Shown: positions 26,942-39,440 of the stretch, one piece after another | Position numbering within the stretch: the first letter of the stretch is position 1 | Layout: each line of letters opens with the position of its first letter | Assembly: GCF_964213995.1 (NCBI RefSeq) | Contig: NC_135820.1 | Location: forward strand, 32,426,001 to 32,490,000 | DNA from: Mustelus asterias | Taxonomy: Eukaryota | DNA length: 64,000 bases | Direction of reading: 5' to 3' | The notes under the pieces: generated by a model | Databases searched by the model: none | Told to the model about the DNA's origin: nothing | The model's input: only the letters and a program-made list of their open reading frames with translations | Program-made: the position numbers and the translations under genes

Positions 26942-27183
26942 CTTGGCTGAGTGAAGAAAATCATTCATCATCTTCTGACACTGCTGCCCTGCCCTCTTCT
27001 GGAGTGCGCTTGCACTGACCAGGGCTGGCACTGCATCCCAGAGGACAGGGTGGGGGTTGGCGACCCTGCTGGAAGGCCGTCTCCTGGAGCGGGGGTAGAG
27101 TGTGTCCTGCCTCTGTTCCACTCTATTCACCATTCTAATGAGGGCCCCTCTGAAAAACGTGGTGCAGCCTTCCTGCCTGCCAT
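26942..27183 (-). pseudogene. Harbinger Myb/SANT-like DNA-binding protein exon, frameshifted
   Basis: MAGRKAAPRFSEG, frameshift, then ALIRMVNRVEQRQDTLYP...WDAVPALVSA...QCQKMMNDFLHSAK, followed by the splice donor AAG/GTAAGT. Confidence 0.75.
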
Positions 27184-28558
27184 CCCTGCAATCATTGTGG
27201 AACAAGTGCTGAGGAGCCGTTTATATGGAGCTCCCCAGTGCTTGCAGCAGTTAAGCCATTGTGGGGCAGGTGAATCAGAGGGAACATATTACTGGAGCGG
27301 CGTGAAACTCGGGCATAAAAATTATTATTGATGAGGCATAAGATTCAGCTCAAAATTATGCTGATGCCGTAGGCAAGAATCCTCCTGTTTTTTCGCGCTG
27401 GAACCAGAACGCTGCCATTTTTTGGTAAGATTTCACCCACATATCACTCACCGTGAAGGTCAGGATGTGATCAGCTCATGGAGGGCTCATCCATACTGGC
27501 TTTGCCTTATTGCTTGGAGCCATCTCAGCCTTGATGGTCCACACAGCTGGGCTGCAGAGAGTAATGTGTGTGTTTGGCTGGCCATTTTAAATGGTGCCAG
27601 GAGCTTGGATTCCATTAGGTTGTGGAGGGTTATTGGCTGTCCTGCCATGTGATTTGGAGAGCTACTCACCCATGCATAATGAATGAGCCTCCAAGCATAA
27701 GATTCGGCATGATTTCCCAATCCACCGCCCAGTGGGAAGTTCGCTGCTAATCCCACCCGCCACAGCACTTACTCTCCAGCATGGAAAATTCCTTCCTGAG
27801 TTTTTGAAAGATGGGACAAATATGAAAGATATCACCCAATATCCAAGTACATTTACAGCCCGATGAATTGGATAGCAAGGTCCCTCATTGCTTTTTTCAC
27901 AAGTTCAGTAAAAGTAAAGAAAAATGGAATGATCAAACTTACGCTCTGATTGAGATCAGCAACCTCAACACAGGAACTGAAAACCAATCTAATTACATTC
28001 TAATTGCATTGTCTGATTGATGCCTCTACAGGTGATTTTATTGTTACGTATCTGCGCTCTTGTGTGAAAATGTGCTTGGTTTTCATTAGATGTGTGACTT
28101 TGTTGCTGCTGGAATAGCCAATTATTAATCATTTAAACAGGCAGCGAGATTGAACTGCAGTTTAAAAAAACCAGAGAATGACTCAAAGCGAATTAGTCAA
28201 AACATTTGCAGTCTAGGAACAGGAATCTTCACAAAACTTGAATGAAAAAATTCAGATGAAATTCTAATTTACACAGTATCCCCTCCAGTGTATCAAGCAT
28301 TAATATCAGCAGTGGCCAGTTGAGCTGATTGTTTTCTGTGTTGCAAAATACTCGGTAGAAATTCAACAAATTACAAATGGGCACACACTTCAGGTTCACA
28401 AACAAATGTCTGTGGTCATGATTGTTCATCATGTTTGTGTCAACATTTATCATTGTAAAACATCCACACAACATTGCCAAATTCAACTGTGTTATGCCAA
28501 TTTGTAATGCCAATTTGTCACTATATTGCAAATTAAAAAAACTGCGGTAAATTGCAGT

Positions 28559-28789
28559 AACCGACTCAAGAACAGCTTCTTCCCTGCTGCCATCAGATTT
28601 TTGAATGGACCTACCTTGCATTAAGTTGATCTTTCTCTACACCCTAGCTATAACTGTAACACTACATTCTGCACTGTCTCGTTTCCTTCTCTATGAAAGG
28701 TATGCTTTGTCTGTATAGCGCAGGAAACAATATTTTCCATTGTATGCTAATATGTGTGACAATAATAAATCAAATCAAATCAAATCAAA
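28559..28789 (+). mobile_element. Rex1/Babar 3' end
   Basis: AACCGACTCAAGAACAGCTTCTTCCCTGCTGCC...GTGACAATAATAAA(TCAAA)n. Confidence 0.85.
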
Positions 28790-29194
28790 ATCTTTATTGT
28801 TCAGCATGCACAGGGATTGGGTGGTGCTGCTTAATGAGAAGTGCCAGTTAATGGAGTATTCCATTTCCTAATGGAACACAATGCAATACTTGCAGCATGA
28901 ACTAATACACAAGTTCTCAGGAAGTATTCTTTTTACTTCTAATCTTCAATAGTGTGTTAAAACATAAATTAAACTATAAAATAATACAATATGCAGGTAC
29001 AGGTTCCATCTGGATAATTTCATAATTGCTTCTGGTTGGTAAAGTGACAACTTGAATTAGTAAATAATTCTGATTTGTAGGATACAAGATAACACAAACA
29101 TTACTGTATATTCATCAACCGCCATTTAGTAATGTTTTAGAATATGAATGAAATTGTCGACATTTGTAGGACACACTTATTTAGAATAAGACAG

Positions 29195-29610
29195 CAGAGG
29201 GAAGGAGCATTCTCCCTGGTGTTCTGACAAAAGAGCATCTTTCAACAAACAGCACCAAAACAAATGATTTGATTATTATCAGATTGTTGTTCATGGGGTG
29301 TGTGCTGTTTGCGTTTCCTACATTATAAGAAAAAGTCCAATGACATGCAGGTTAGGTGGATTGGCCATGATAAATTACCCCTTAGTATCCCAAAATATGT
29401 AGGATAGATGGATCACCCATGGTAAATGTTTGGTGTTCTGGGGATAGGGATGGGAGAGGGCCTGGGTAAGATACTCTGTCAGAGAGTTGGTGCATTCAAT
29501 GGGCCGATAGGCCTCCTGGAATGTAGCAACTCTGACTAAGCTTTAAAAGAACTTCGTACAGAGTTTTGGAATATCCTAAGGTTTTGAAAGGTGCCAAATA
29601 TGACTCCTTT
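29195..29610 (+). mobile_element. DeuSINE (SacSINE1-like) fragment interrupted by a V-SINE piece
   Basis: Deu-domain-like GGAGCATTCTCCCTGGTGTTCTGAC...GCGTTTCCTACATTA. The tail resumes at about 29535 (TTTGGAATATCCTAAGGTTTTGAAAGGTGCC). Confidence 0.6.
29335..29530 (+). mobile_element. V-SINE 3' half
   Basis: AGTCCAATGACATGCAGGTTAGGTGGATTGGCCATG...GGGCCGATAGGCCTCC. Confidence 0.75.
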
Positions 29611-30262
29611 TCAGTCACTCATGATAAGTTCGAGGATTACTCCTATGGGTCTGCTGAGCCTCGGAGACAATTGTTTCTTCTACGCCAAGCACAGCTAGCA
29701 GTGCGAGTACCCTTGCAACTTTCCTCTTCCACTCTCCTTCTGCATCCTCCGCCCTTCAAAAGAAAGCGTGCACCCAACTTTCCCTTTCAGCATGAGTTTC
29801 CTTTCTCTCTCAACTCTACACTTTCCACCACCCCTCATAACAAGGAGCAAAGAGAATTAAATAATGCCATTTCCAGGAAATTATTTAATACTATAAATGT
29901 GACCTAAAGGAAAGCAAAAATTGTTGGAAACAACAAGAATGCAACTCACCTCGCATTCTTCCTGCCCAAGAGTTAAAATCAACCACAATGTTTCCATAGA
30001 TTAATTTTGGATTTACCCCTGTTCAAGGGCAGATCACATCCACCTTGAATTGGGCTCAGATTTTTCCAGTAGCAATGCCAGAAAACTGTCAGTGATTCCT
30101 GGAGTCAACACATATGCTGTCAAATGAGCAAATTCAAAAGTTGTTGTCTGTACCTCTATATTTCTCCACAGGATGCATTGTTAAATTTCCCTCCAGGTTG
30201 TAATCAAATGAAAATCAAATGAAAATCCCAGAATTAAGGAAAACTTGCCCTTTTACACTATT

Positions 30263-30337
30263 GCCTGGGTGGGATTGTGGTCGGTGCAGACTCGATGGGC
30301 CGAATGGCCTCCTTCTGCACTGTAGGGTTTCTATGAC
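30263..30337 (+). mobile_element. V-SINE tail only
   Basis: GCCTGGGTGGGATTGTGGTCGGTGCAGACTCGATGGGCCGAATGGCCTCCTTCTGCACTGTAGGG. Confidence 0.8.
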
Positions 30338-32386
30338 TATTGGTCTCACTCTAAAAGCCCTCATCATGCTACAACCCAGTGAATGGGTTTTTAATGCCAT
30401 AGCGCGTTCATAATTTCTGACACTCAAAAACTAATTTTATAATTGTAAAATGTCATTTCTTTAGTATGATTTTAAAAATATCCACATATATTTAAAACAA
30501 TTTTAGAAGAATTGTTTGATATTTCACTTAAATCTTAATCCCATGACTATATACTAATCCTTTTTTTCAATCACTCTGTAACATTTATTTTACAATTGAA
30601 GGATAATCAGTACATTTTAATTGCTTGTTTGTTGACTGTGAGAATACTTCAATCTGATTGGCTGCTTACTCTGCTGGATGAAACCATTTCTGTTGGAATT
30701 GAAGAACACCTTTGAATTGGCCCTAGATTCAAGGAGACATTAGGAAAGGAGAAATCCACACCACAGAAACTGCTAAATCTTTGTGTAGATTATTTTTTGG
30801 TTGGGGAGAGCTTTGACAATTTGCTGCAGGCAGCAAGATTTGGGCTGGAACTGTCTGATCTCACCAGTGGCTGCGATTATCCGGTCCCACTGCTGTGAAT
30901 GAAGATTTGGCTGAGTGCCAAATTCTCCATTCTCACTAGCGGTGGTAGAAGGGTATGCAAGATCGGAGAATTCCAGTCCTGGTCTGTAATTTGCAGCACA
31001 AGGTGCATTGGTCAGACAATCAGGTACAACTGAAGCTAGTAATACAAGAATTCTGCATCCAACTCAGCCCCTTTAAATTTTCAGATAAAACTTCAATTTT
31101 TCTGTTCCCTTATTGCAGTTTCTTTTTTGAGAATCTGGATACACTGTCAGCCTTTGTCTTCACTGAAGACTGAAGAGAGCAAAACTGTCAGCTACACAGC
31201 ACATATCAAACTCTTCAATACTGCTGTGTTCTCAACATTCAGAAACTGTCTTCCTTCAGCATGCAACTGATAGAACAAGGGGTGGAATTTCATGCTCTCC
31301 CTTGTGATGAGATGGCGAGGGGAGGAGTTTTAGTTGTGCGGGAGACTAACGCATGAGGACTCCACTGACCTCCACCCCCTCAATTGTGGCATACAGGATA
31401 CCATTCGATAGATCTTAATGAAGTCTTCATAAATTTTAATTCGGTTAATTATATGTATTAACTACAAGAACTATGTACATATATACGGTAAATGGTTCTG
31501 AGCTATCTCTGTGCTTGCTTGTGCACATGACTCTATCCAACAGTGGACTTCAGGTGCGACTGATGTATTCTCTTACATCACTGTGTGGGTAATATTATAC
31601 TCAGTCACCCCCTCCCCGTCTCCCCTCCCCTCCTGGTAAACCACTTACCTTTGAAACTTCCCTGCAACATTGTCTCTTTAAACCTCCCCTATACGACAGC
31701 TGCTGCTGTAAAAAGAGGGTGTTCCTCACCTCTCTGTGCTCCGGTTACTCCACACTGATGCTGCCGGGAGTGCACATTGCTGTTTCTATCTCACCCAGCC
31801 TGAGGATGGTTGGGCGAGACAGGGGCTGTGCAATTTCAATGATATTAATTTCATTAGGGCGGCAATCCAACAGAGGTTGCTACTTTGAGGAAATAATGGG
31901 TCATTGTCAAACTTTTGATAGCTCATCAGTTGCCTATGCACACAGCAGTGAAGCCAAAGCAGCAAACTTTCACCAATCCCTGCAGGATTTTACTGTGTAC
32001 GAGACACATTTTAACTCTGAAACTCAACCGATCCCAAAATGCCACAATGCTACATAAGGTCATCAGAACAGTTGCTATTGTATGTCATACATAGACAGAT
32101 TTTTCTTTTTCAGAGTAAGGTCATGTTTTGCACAATTGCTTTAGATTTTCTGCATGTGGGCTGGAGTGGGGGTGGTGGAGAGGAGAGGTCTATCACAGAG
32201 ATATTTGTGAGTGTTTCCATCGCATTTCCGGTGATATAACTTTGGCACAGGCAGACCGGCTCTGAAAACTGTCCTAAATACTCAGCTTTTACTGTACTAT
32301 TTACTTCCCAATACACATTGGCAATTTTACTTCCAGGCAGTTAACAGTTGATCGATAAATTTGCCAGTCATGACAAATGTGACACG

Positions 32387-32510
32387 GCTCTGACAAAGAG
32401 TTGTACAGACTCTGATTTCTCTCCTGACAGATGCTGCCAGACCTGCTGAGTATTTCCAGCATTTTCTATTTTTATTTCAGATTTCCAGCATCTGCAGTAT
32501 TTTGCTTTTG
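32387..32510 (+). mobile_element. Penelope pLTR fragment (family 2), decayed
   Basis: CAGATGCTGCCAGACCTGCTGAGTATTTCCAGCATTTTC...CATCTGCAGTATTTTGCTTTT matches 25120-25200. Confidence 0.7.
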
Positions 32511-33474
32511 TGTGACACTTGGTAGTCATGCAGACAATGTCCCACCAACTACCACTGTCAGATTAAACATAGAGCTGAAATGGAATATAGCCATCTCTTT
32601 AAATCCAGAGCACATTCTGTTTTTTTTAATGAATGTTTGAAAGTGAGTAAGTGGTTGTAAACCCATTTATAGGCAAAAACAGTTATAACCTATCCAAACC
32701 TTTCTCTCACAGTTCTGTCCTGGACCCCAGCCCTGCTCCGAAGCCACCCACCCCCAACCTAATCCTGACCTTAGTAAAATTATTGCATTACCTATCATCT
32801 TGGATGTCCATTCTTCTTCATGATGTGAGATAACAACTGGACAGGAGTCACAGCTTTCAACCAAATGATAGGGTTCCCTCATGAATCGAACCTCCTGAGC
32901 ATTAGAGCTCTTCACGCTAACCCCTTGAGCCTTAAGAAAGGACTGGGGTCAATTAATGTTCTGGTGAGATCTGGCCATAGAAAACTCCTTAGCAACATCA
33001 ATAGCCATTGTCCATCAGCAAAAGCCTCCCATATTGGCTCTATTTCAGAAAGTGGAGGGAACACTGGGAAAGAAGGGAAGGCAGCTCTGAGGAACCCAGG
33101 GCTGCTAATATCATTTTCTGTGCCACTTCACTCGCGAGAGACATTCACTATGTTGTATTGTCATGAGTAGAGAGAATGTGCTCCTACATAATGATTGTGT
33201 TCTAGAGGGTCTGTCATGACCCCTGCCATGTCCAATGGAGAACACAGGAAACCCGTGCAACAGAGGTGTGCTCCTCATTCCTGATCCCAGCAAACTTGTT
33301 CAGCAGCCCATATGCTGCTAGAGACTCCTGGGAGACTACAGTCTCAGTCAACCACATTAAATGCAGCTTTCTATTTTTTATAGGTGTCTTCAGCTCCAAT
33401 TAGGGCCATTTATTTCTCTTAGAGTAAGATTTTACAACTCCAGCAGGAAACGGAATAGCTTTGTCCACTTTGTG

Positions 33475-33903
33475 CCCCCCCCCCGCCCCCCCCGCCCATC
33501 CCCCCCCCGCCCATCCCCCCCCCGCCCATCCCCCCCCCCGCCCATCCCCCCCCCGCCCATCCCCCCCCCCCGCCCATCCCCCCCCGCCCATCCCCCCCCC
33601 CCGCCCATCCCCCCCCCGCCCATCCCCCCCCCCGCCCATCCCCCCCCCCGCGCCCGCCCATCCCCCCCCCGCCCAACCCCCCCCCGCGCCCATCCCCCCC
33701 CCGCCCATCCCCCCCCCCATCCCCCCCCGCCCATCCCCCCCCCCATCCCCCCCCCCATCCCCCCCCCGCCCATCCCCCCCCCCCGCCCATCCCCCCCCCC
33801 CGCCCATCCCCCCCCCCCGCCCATCCCCCCCCCCCCCCATCCCCCCCCCCCCCATCCCCCCCCCCCCCCCCATCCCCCCCCATTCCCCCCCCCCCCCCCC
33901 CCA
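33475..33903. repeat. C-rich low-complexity array, roughly (CnGCCCAT)n
   Basis: Long variable C runs separated by GCCCAT or AT. G-runs lie on the minus strand. Confidence 0.95.
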
Positions 33904-34191
33904 CTGACATATTTGAAGGCTTGGGAGCATATAAAATATAGCAGGTGGCCACCCATTCTCAATCTATCTCCCATATTATGGTGGGCATATAAGTCATCAA
34001 ACAGCCTGCCCAGCCTTCAACCTGACCTGGTTCTGCCTTAGTATTTACATCACATTGGGCTGGAGAAGCGGGAGGAGAAGGAAGAAAACTGGCAGATTTC
34101 CTTGCATGGCCCATTGAGAGCACCACCCCACCCCACCCTCCCAACACCGCCATCAAGATGATACCCTTCCCTTGTGCCACCTCCCAGCTTC

Positions 34192-34506
34192 TTTAAGTTT
34201 AAGTTTCAAGTTCATTTATCAGTATCGCAAGTAGGCTTACACTAACACTGCAACAAAGTTACTGTGAAAATCCCCGAGTCACCACAATCCCCTAGTCGCC
34301 TGGTCAGGTATACTGAGGGAGAATTTAGCATGGCCAATGCACCTAACCTGCACATCTTTCGGACTGTGGGAGGAAACCGGAGCACCCGGAGGAAACCCAT
34401 GCAGACACGGGGAGAACATGTAGACTCTGCACATACAGCGATCCAAGCCAGGATTCAAACCTGGGTCCCTGGCGCTATGAGGCAGCAGTGCTAACCACTG
34501 TGCCAT
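34192..34506 (-). mobile_element. V-SINE with alternative (Rex1-like) tail
   Basis: Same head and V-domain as the other copies, but the tail reads GATTTTCACAGTAAC...CTACTTGCGATACTGATAAATGAACTT. Confidence 0.88.
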
Positions 34507-34614
34507 CTATGTTCTAAAACTCAAACTTCCATCCCGCTCCCTCCCCTCACTGGATGTTTCTGATCCCTCCCCAACCAAATTGCCTAGACTTATCTTAAAG
34601 TCCAGTATTCATCT

Positions 34615-36900
34615 TCTGGCTAGACCAGCATTTATTGCCCATTTCTAATTGCCCTTGAGAAGGTGATGGTGAGCTGCCTTCTTGAACCTTTGCAGCCTTG
34701 GAGGTGTACGTACTCCCACAACGCTGTTGGGAAGGAAATTCCAGAATTTTGACCCAATGACAGTGAAAGAACACTGATATATTTCCAAGTCAGGATGATG
34801 AGTGAATTGAAGGGGTAATTCCAGGTGATGATGTTCTGAGGTATCTGCTGCATTTTGTGGTCAGGTGACCCAAGACATCCAGGAATATTGATATTTTCCA
34901 TTAGCATGAATAAAAAAGCTCAAAATGTGGAAGCCAGGTTTAAACCTAAACCTTGCCAGACTCTACAAGTGGCAAACTGCATAGCTGGAACAGATAGCAT
35001 TCAGGCAGCCAGGCCTTGGACAATCAATTTCCCATCAAAACAAGACAAGCCTGGAACTGCTTGGTCAGGTGCAAATGACCAAATTGTTTCCGAATGAACT
35101 GTTGTTTACATCTCCAGTGAACTTGCTTTGTTAGAAGAATGCTATACAGACTTGGTGGCACCCAGCTCAGTAGCAGGCCAGATGTATAATGTGACAGGAT
35201 TGGGCACAGGGCACGGGTTCTTTGAGAAGGGTGTGGAGTGACCAACCTGGAGCCCCCGCTCTCTCTGTTTTTGCACTTTCTTCAACGGCATTTCCAGAGA
35301 GCACCTTCGACTGGCAGCCGAGCAGCACAGCATCTCCAGCTCCTTGTATCTCGCAGCGAGCATTATCAGCCTGACCAGATCCAGAAGACTACCCTGGTGA
35401 GACGAACCAAAGACCGGAACCAGTCCTAGATGAGAGGAAAAGCCCAAATCGACGACTGCATTCGCTGAAACATCAGCCAATGCCATGAGACTGAGGAACA
35501 GCGTGTCTCAGCCTTACTGAATGGGTATTACCAGTCTTTTTAAACAAACATTTCAAATATAGTGATAGGGACCTATGGATAGGATGTAGCGAATCCTCGG
35601 AAGTGCATGTTAGAAGCAGATAGCTAGTGTAGATTTGAGACTGTTTACTTAGAGATTTAAGACTGTCCTGTAAAGAGACTGAAGATTGTTGTGAATGCTT
35701 CAGCCTTTTGCATTGATATGCTGGGCTTCTACATCATTAAGGATGGGGTTATATGTGGAGCCTTCTCCTCCAGTAATCATAGAATCATAGAATGCTACAA
35801 TGCAGAAAGAGTTTGCACTGACAATAACCCCACCCAGGCCCTATCCCCATAACCCCGTAAGTTATTTAGTTGTCCACCACCTTTCACGGCTGGATGTGGT
35901 AGGACTGCGGAACGTAGATCTGATCTGTTGGTTGTGGAATCGCTTAGCTCTGTTATTACTTGCTGCTTCCACTGTTTGGCATGCAAGTAGTCTTGTGTTG
36001 TAGCTTCACTAGGTTGACACCTCATTTTTAGGTGCACCTGTTGTTGCTCCCTCCTGCACTCTTCATTGAACCAGGCTTACTCCCCTGGTTTGGTAGCAAT
36101 GGTAGAGTGGGGGGGATATGCTGGGCCATGAGGTTACAGATTGTGGTTGAGTACAATTCTGCTGCTAATGATCCACAGCATCTCATGGATGTCGGGTCTT
36201 GAGTTTCTAGATCTGTTCGAAGTCTATCCCATTTAACATGGTGGTAGTGCCATACAACATGATGGAGGGTATCCTCTATGTGAATATGGGACTTCATCTC
36301 CACGAGGTCTGCACAGTGGTCATTCCTACCAATATGGACAGATGCACCTGCAGCAGACTGTTTGATAAGGATGAGGCCAAGTATGTTTTTCTCTCTTGTT
36401 TGTTCCCTCACCATCTGCCACAGTCTCAGTCTAGTAGTTATGTCCTTTAGGATCCAGCCAACACGATTGTGGTGGTACTACCGAGCTACTCTTGGTGATG
36501 GACATTGAAGTTCCCCGCCCATATTACATTGTGTGCCCTTGCCACCCTCAGTGCTTCCTCCAAGTGGCGTTCAACATGGAGGTACACTGATTCATCAGCT
36601 GAGGGGGATGGTACATGGTAATGAGCAAGAGCTTTCCTTGGATATTTGACCTGGTGCCATCAGACTTCATTCCTTTGTGTTTTCTTCGTAGCGTTGAATA
36701 TAGCTGGGTGGCTTACTAGGCCATTTCAGAGGGCATTGAAGAGTCAACCACATTGCTGTGGCTCTGGAGTCACAAGAAGGCTAGACCAGGAAATGGTGGC
36801 AGATTTCATTCCTGAAAGGACATTAGTTGGATTTTATGACAATCGATAATCTATTCATAGTCATCAATAGACATAATTCCGGAATTTTTTTAATCTGATG
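34615..36900 (-). mobile_element. Family B LINE, internally deleted and interrupted
   Basis: 3' tail at 34615-34855, APE C-terminus in ORF 36028-36414 (REKNILGLIL...GRNDHCADLVE), 5'UTR at 36690-36900. Confidence 0.7.
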
Positions 36901-37884
36901 AATCAAGAGTTGGACTTCCTGTCCCTGGGGGGGTGAAAGTCCCACACTCACCTTGTTAAGGCTACCCCAGTGCATTACGGCTGTGGAGAAGCCAGATTTA
37001 AAGTCAATAAAATGCTGACTGACCCTTTGACCAGAGTGGGTGAGGAATAAGCCCCCCTATAAAATTCACCCTTTACATTTTTTCTGTGTTTGTGGCCTAT
37101 TCAAGTTAGGATATCGGGTTTCCAGAGGTGAAGCCCTGTACTACAGAATGCAGTGATCATGAAAATTATAAGCACACTACTCATTTTACCAGACTTGAAA
37201 AAAACAGCATTTTAGGCAGTTAGGTTGCCTTTGTTGCAACCTGATTGTGGTGAGAAAGGTTTTATTACAAAGGCTGTCAATTAAAAACAAAGATAGTTAA
37301 TATAAATGGGTTGACATCTTGGTTGAATAAACAGTAGAGAGAGGATTTTGGTATGAATGTGTTAAGCATTTGCAAAACTATATTGCTGCAGGAACAGTGT
37401 ACCATCATGTATTGAAAATGACCTGAGGATTGAAATTTCTGGATGTGATATTTTTAGAGCATCTGGCCTATATCTGACTCATGACCCATGAGAATGCACT
37501 TGTCTTATAACTGTCCTCTGCGGTGCTGTAGCAAGACACTTGGTTGCATTAAACAGTTAAAAAAACAAAACTATAAAACTGAACTGACAACCTGGCATCA
37601 ACTTAGGCACTGGACAAGACAAATGCACTCCCAGCCCAGTCAACCCTGCAAAGACCTCTTTGCCAGCATCTCTGGGCTTTGTGCCAAAATTCAGAGATCT
37701 GTCCTAGAGTCCAGTCAAATAACAGCTTGACGTAGTCATACTCACAAAATCATATCTTGCAGCTAATGTCCCAGACTCCTCGATGACTGTCCCTGGGTAC
37801 ATTCCGAGATGGTGCTACAGTGATATATGGTCAGGAAGTTCTGACCCTGGGAGTCCTCAACATTGAAGTCTCATGGCATCAGGT

Positions 37885-38210
37885 GGGGTGGCACAGTGGC
37901 ACAGTGGTTAGCACTGCTGCCTCATAGCACCAAGAACCTAGGTTCGATTCCCGGCTTGGGCCACTGTCTGTGTAAAATTTGTACATTTTCCCCGTATCTG
38001 CATGGATTTCCTCTGGGTGCTCCAGTTTCCTCCCACAGTTCAAAGATGTGCAAGTTAGGTGGATTGGCCATGCTAAATTGCCCCATAATGTCAGGGGGAC
38101 TAGGTAGGGTAAATGCATGGAATTATGGGGATACAGCCTGGATGGGATTGTGGTCAGTGCAGACTCGATGGGCCAAATGGCCTCCTTCTTCACTGTAGGA
38201 TTCTATGATT
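37885..38210 (+). mobile_element. V-SINE, full length, CR1-type tail
   Basis: A/B boxes, V-domain and tail. Confidence 0.92.
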
Positions 38211-39440
38211 CTTAATCTGTTGATTATCATCACCCACTTTTCCTCAACTGAGTGATCTGTCCTTTCCCATTTTGAACAGCATTTGGAGCAAGGCCTCTGA
38301 ATGTACTGTGAGTGGTGATGCTTCACTGTTCATCACAAAGAGTAGCTCTGTAACACCATGACTGATCATGCAGACTGGGTACTGTAGGACATATTTACAT
38401 GACTAAGTCTGCAGCAGGTGATGACAGAACCAACATGCAAAAAAAAACGATTTACCCTTGTTGTCACCAATCTATCAGTCACAGATATGATTGGCCAGAG
38501 GAGCACTGGTAGGAGTGACCACCACACAGTCCAGATGGAGATGAAGTTCCATCTTCATACTAAGAATGCATGTTGTGTGGCACTATCACCATACTAAATG
38601 AGATGCATTTAACTCAGGTATAGCAGCTCTAAATTGGGCATCTGATGCCCTGTGTGCAAACAGCAACCAAAAAACTGTACTTAACCACAATATGTAACCT
38701 TATAGCAAGCTATATCCCTTACTCTTCCATTACCTTAGTTCAATGAACAGTGTAAGAGAGCATGCCAGGAGCATCACTAGGCATACCTACAAATGATATA
38801 GCAAAGCTACAACATAGGACTACTTGCAGGCTAAGCAGCAGAACAGCTCATTATAGACAAATCTAAGTGATTCCACAACAAATAGATCAAATCAAGCTCT
38901 ACAGTCCTGCAGCATCCTGTTATGAATGGTGGTGGACAATTAAAGTACTAAAGGAAAGAGGAGACTCTATGTTCACCCCATCATCAGTGATGATGGAAAT
39001 CGTGAGTACAAACGGCAAGGTTGAAACATTTGTAACTATTTTACCTTCAGAGTGGATGATTCATCTCGGCCTCCTCTTGAGCACCCCACAATCACAGATG
39101 CCATTCTCCAGCCAGTTAGATTTGCTCCATGTGATATCAAGGAACTGTTGAAACACTGGATACAGCGAAGGCTGTGAGCCCTGCCAACACCCCAGCTGCA
39201 GTGTTGCAGGTTTGTGGTTCAGAATAAACCACCTAGTCCCGAGCCAAACCATTTCAGCTACAACACTGGCATCAACTGAGTGGAAAATTGTCCTGGAATG
39301 TCGTATCCACCGAAAGTAAGATCAATTCAATCTGAACAATTATTCTCAATCATCAGCAAAGTAATGTACAGTGTCATTGACAATGCTATTAATTGATATC
39401 TACTATCCATAAGCTGCTCACATCTGATCAGTTTGGTTTC

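Larger units (their letters stand above)
24341..27796 (-). mobile_element. Harbinger-type DNA transposon relic hosting nested insertions
   Basis: Termini GGGTGGAATTTTCC and GGAAAATTCCTTCC. Internal Myb/SANT pseudo-exon. No intact transposase seen. Confidence 0.6.

Noticed and set aside
29566-29907. Possible host exon (113-aa ORF, acceptor-like CCTTTTCAG)
   Set aside because: The acceptor-like sequence is the end of a DeuSINE tail, and no recognisable protein appears in any frame.
33361-34041. Poly-Pro and poly-Gly ORFs of up to 226 aa
   Set aside because: They are open in several frames on both strands because the C-rich repeat lacks stop codons.
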